Positions 60,957 to 64,000 of a stretch of 64,000 nucleotides of DNA are shown here, piece by piece. The DNA is from Opitutales bacterium (GTDB taxonomy: Bacteria > Verrucomicrobiota > Verrucomicrobiia > Opitutales > Seribacteraceae). Below the pieces are notes generated by a model. That model saw nothing but the letters and a program-made list of their open reading frames with translations, ran no database searches and had not been told where the DNA came from. Each line of letters starts with the position of its first letter. Positions within the stretch are counted from its first letter, which is position 1. The stretch lies in the NCBI GenBank assembly GCA_965660135.1, contig CBFHYW010000001.1, forward strand, positions 4,747 through 68,746. Reading direction: 5' to 3'. The position numbers were made by a program, and so were the translations under genes.

Positions 60957-62264
60957 TTATGAATGAAATTCAGTTACTCTATCATGGGTAGCTATAGATG
61001 TGATTCTCTTCAAATCCAAAACGAGTGTTTTGAAAGAATTTCCTCGGTCTGCATAATTAATAAATGAGTCAAAACTTGCAAAACCTGGGCTCAACAAAAT
61101 GTTTGTTTTTTCAGTCACTTCAGAAAAGGCTTTTTTTACAGCTTCTTCAAGCGTGTGACAAAATGCATTGGGGAATTCATGGTTTTCAAACAACTTCGCC
61201 AGATTCATCCCACTTTCTCCGATTAAGAAAGCTTTTTTAATCAAAGGCATTAACTTACGAGCAAAGTCGTCTACTATACCACCTTTTTCCTTACCACCGC
61301 CTATCCAAAATGTATTTCCTTTAAAATTTCTGCAAGCTGCGAGAGCTGAAGAGAAGTTTGTCGATTTTGAATCATTCCAAAATGTAGCCATTCCCATAGT
61401 ATCAATTTTTTGCAGTCTATGAGGCTGTCCTTCATAAGATTCTATCGCCCTCTCAAAATCAGTGCGTTTAATGCCATTCGACAGTGCAAAGGTATAAGCC
61501 AAAGCTAAGTTTTCTCTTTGCGGAAAACTTGACATGAAATTGTTATTTTTTACAAAGTCGCTGATATTAGTATTTTTATTCACAACTTCAGTTTGCCGAG
61601 GAAGTTTATAATTATTTTTCTCTGCATATTCTTGAACTGTTTTTCCAACAAACAAGGAACCAGTACCCAATAAACTAAACATATTTGCTTTTGCTAAAAA
61701 ATATTTATTCATGGAACCATGGTAATCTAAGTGATCTTCTTCAAAATTAGTCCACATTAATGAATTAAGCTTTATGAACTTTAGATCTTCCCCTTGAAAA
61801 GAACTGGTTTCTAAAAAAATGGTTGTTTTATTACTCAAACCCTCAGCAATTAACTTACTAAGAGGAACCCCGACATTTCCAGCAACCACTGCCGGCTTAC
61901 CAACCGAGTTCCATAAATGAGATAAAAAGGTAGCCAAGGACGTCTTACCATTAGTTCCTGTGATTCCTATGATTTGTGAATTCATAAAATAGCTGGCAAA
62001 GTCTATTTCATTTACAATCAATTTCTTATTATTTTCCGCAATTTTACGCCACGGGTGATCTTTTTTAAAACCAGGACTACAGACTACGATTGAGCATGCA
62101 CATGCCTCCTTGTCACAGAAGGCACGGCCCTGCTCATCGTACATCTTATACTGCCAGCCCAACTTCTCTAACAGTTCTGACATTCCATTTCCACTAATAC
62201 CCGCGCCCAAAATCGCTATAGAATCGTCGCCGTACTTTTTAAAATTTTTTAATAACTCTTTCAC
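60957..62264 (-). CDS. murD: UDP-N-acetylmuramoyl-L-alanine--D-glutamate ligase
   Basis: GITGTNGKTS, GNVGVP, ETSSFQ, DHLDYH, NDSKSTN, LLSPGFASFD; GTG start at 62264 just past the mraY stop. Confidence 0.93.
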   Translation of the reverse strand: MKELLKNFKKYGDDSIAILGAGISGNGMSELLEKLGWQYKMYDEQGRAFCDKEACACSIVVCSPGFKKDHPWRKIAENNKKLIVNEIDFASYFMNSQIIGITGTNGKTSLATFLSHLWNSVGKPAVVAGNVGVPLSKLIAEGLSNKTTIFLETSSFQGEDLKFIKLNSLMWTNFEEDHLDYHGSMNKYFLAKANMFSLLGTGSLFVGKTVQEYAEKNNYKLPRQTEVVNKNTNISDFVKNNNFMSSFPQRENLALAYTFALSNGIKRTDFERAIESYEGQPHRLQKIDTMGMATFWNDSKSTNFSSALAACRNFKGNTFWIGGGKEKGGIVDDFARKLMPLIKKAFLIGESGMNLAKLFENHEFPNAFCHTLEEAVKKAFSEVTEKTNILLSPGFASFDSFINYADRGNSFKTLVLDLKRITSIATHDRVTEFHS

Positions 62265-62265
62265 T

Positions 62266-63402
62266 TTAACGTACCTTAAGTGTAGCCAATCCAATCATTG
62301 CGAAAAGTAATGATAAAATCCAAAATCTAATAACAACTTTTGTTTCTGCCCACCCTTTCAATTCAAAATGGTGATGAATTGGTGACATTAAAAAGATTCT
62401 CTTCCCTCTGCTTTTGAATGAAATTACCTGTAAAATTACGGACCCTGCTTCCATCACAAAAATACCTCCCACAATGATGAGTGTAAATGGCTGATGTATC
62501 ATCAATGCAATAATGCCGACTAAACCTCCAATTGCTAATGATCCTGTATCACCCATAAACATTTCAGCCGGATGTGCATTGTACCAAAGAAATGACAGAC
62601 TACCTCCAAGTAATGCAGCACACACAATCGAAAGTTCTCCTGTCCCTGGAATCCAACTAATTTTTAAGTAATCTGAGATCACAAAATTACCCGAAGCATA
62701 AGACATCAGTCCATAAGTTAATGCCACAGTTACGGTACAACCAATCGCTAATCCATCTAAACCATCGGTCAAATTTATTGCGTTGCTAGAGCCAGTTAAT
62801 GTAACAAGGAATAGTGCAAATGCAATAAACACTGGCATACTTAAAATTAAAACATCTTTATAAAATGGGATCCAAAGTTCCAACATTTTAAAGTTACTTC
62901 CTATTGCTCGCTCATGAAATCCGGTAAATATATTTCCAAATGGTCCTAATAAAAAATATAACGCTAATGAAGTAGCAATTAACTGCCCCAATAACTTATA
63001 CCTTCCTGCTAAGCCCTTACTGTTTTTTTTAGATATTTTTAGGTAGTCATCTGCAAATCCAACGATTGTCAAAATTACATAAACCATCATCGCCGTAATT
63101 ACATAAATATTTGGTTCTGCAAATAAAAGTGTAGATATAAAAACTGAACCAAAAATCAAGAGCCCCCCCATTGTTGGAGTTTTTGCTTTTGACTCATGAA
63201 GCGTGGCCAACTTACCAACTTCAGTTTCATCACGAAATGCTTGCTTGGCACCAATCCCCTGCAATATTTTAATTAATTTGGGGCCAAGTAAAAAGCCTAA
63301 TATTAATGCGGTAATTCCTGCAAAAATTGCACGAATTGAGATAAATTGGAATAAACGAAGGGGGCCAAACCATTCCTCTCCAAATTGAAGATAACTTAGC
63401 AT
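62266..63402 (-). CDS. mraY: Phospho-N-acetylmuramoyl-pentapeptide transferase
   Basis: TPTMGG, GFADD, NAINLTDGLDGLA, FMGDTGSL, PIHHHFE. Confidence 0.97.
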   Translation of the reverse strand: MLSYLQFGEEWFGPLRLFQFISIRAIFAGITALILGFLLGPKLIKILQGIGAKQAFRDETEVGKLATLHESKAKTPTMGGLLIFGSVFISTLLFAEPNIYVITAMMVYVILTIVGFADDYLKISKKNSKGLAGRYKLLGQLIATSLALYFLLGPFGNIFTGFHERAIGSNFKMLELWIPFYKDVLILSMPVFIAFALFLVTLTGSSNAINLTDGLDGLAIGCTVTVALTYGLMSYASGNFVISDYLKISWIPGTGELSIVCAALLGGSLSFLWYNAHPAEMFMGDTGSLAIGGLVGIIALMIHQPFTLIIVGGIFVMEAGSVILQVISFKSRGKRIFLMSPIHHHFELKGWAETKVVIRFWILSLLFAMIGLATLKVR

Positions 63403-64000
63403 AACCCTTCTTTCTTTGCTTCACTTCCTTCAACGGCCCAACTCGGAAGTAAGTTCTCCAACGCATAAGACCTACTGCCTTTAAACAAAACAGAACCATC
63501 AAAATCCTCTACAACCGGAATTGCATTACTAAGTTCTGGAAGGACCATTACCTGACCCTCACTAACTTCGTTCTCAAGTAATGCCGGAGCCATCCAGCTC
63601 GCCTTTTCTCCGATTAATATAATTAAGTCTTCACGCTCAACTTTTAATGTTCGCCCGACTTGAATATGCAACTTTTTTTCATCTTCTCCTAATTCTTCCA
63701 TACCTGCCAGTACATAAAGTTTGGGAGTTCCTGAAAATTGTTTTCTAAAAAACTCCAAGGAGTCCTGCATCGATGCAGGATTAGCATTATAACAATCAAC
63801 AAAATAGGACCGCCCCCGGCCTTGAAAGAATCTTCCTCTCAAGGCCGAAGGGCGAAATCGGGGTAGGCGTTCAGAAATTTCTTGAACTGAAACTCCAAGT
63901 TCGCTTGCAGCTAAGACTGCAAGAGCGATGTTTCTTCCCATTCCCTCTGATAAAAGAGGGAAAGAAAAAGAAACAGATGGGGACCCGTGTCGCCAAAGCC
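63396..64000 (-). CDS. murF: UDP-N-acetylmuramoyl-tripeptide--D-Ala-D-Ala ligase, C-terminal part (5' end beyond the window)
   Basis: DCYNANPASM, MEELG, KGSRS; frame stays open to the window edge; upstream of mraY. Confidence 0.92.
   Translation of the reverse strand, partial: LWRHGSPSVSFSFPLLSEGMGRNIALAVLAASELGVSVQEISERLPRFRPSALRGRFFQGRGRSYFVDCYNANPASMQDSLEFFRKQFSGTPKLYVLAGMEELGEDEKKLHIQVGRTLKVEREDLIILIGEKASWMAPALLENEVSEGQVMVLPELSNAIPVVEDFDGSVLFKGSRSYALENLLPSWAVEGSEAKKEGLC

Noticed and set aside
60957-63402. murD/mraY look somewhat more AT-rich than neighbours (possible replacement by transfer)
   Set aside because: Impression from a few lines only; gene order is canonical and no boundaries are visible; needs a GC/codon computation

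Overview
A ~64 kb, AT-rich, gene-dense bacterial chromosome segment with most genes on the minus strand. Gene content (LpxC-FabZ fusion, Minf_1886-type PVC protein, MurC-MurB fusion, murD-LysM-ftsW order) points to Verrucomicrobiota, probably an Opitutales-like lineage (inference). It is mostly housekeeping: lpxA/lpxC-fabZ, pyc, pilD, aroE, yggS, a LysR regulator, glgP, galM, mutL, tal, fbaA, nuoB-N (no nuoA) between tRNA-Leu(TAG) and tRNA-Ser(GGA), and the dcw cluster murF to ftsZ. I saw no integrase, transposase or CRISPR array. Best leads: (1) a small ribbon-helix-helix-like protein with a perfect palindrome over its own start, 17 nt of which recur exactly at the start of an SOS1/SLC9C-like Na+/H+ antiporter with a cNMP-binding domain 29 kb away, a candidate undescribed regulon; (2) a G11 run inside mutL together with degenerate MutL endonuclease motifs; (3) an FtsZ lacking the canonical T7-loop catalytic Asp; (4) a 2046-aa exported coiled-coil protein in an accessory-looking block with a Sel1 protein, a Zn-ribbon membrane protein and an Xis-like HTH fusion; (5) a palindromic sigma54-type -24/-12 site upstream of glgP. 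All assignments come from motif recognition by eye; no searches were run.
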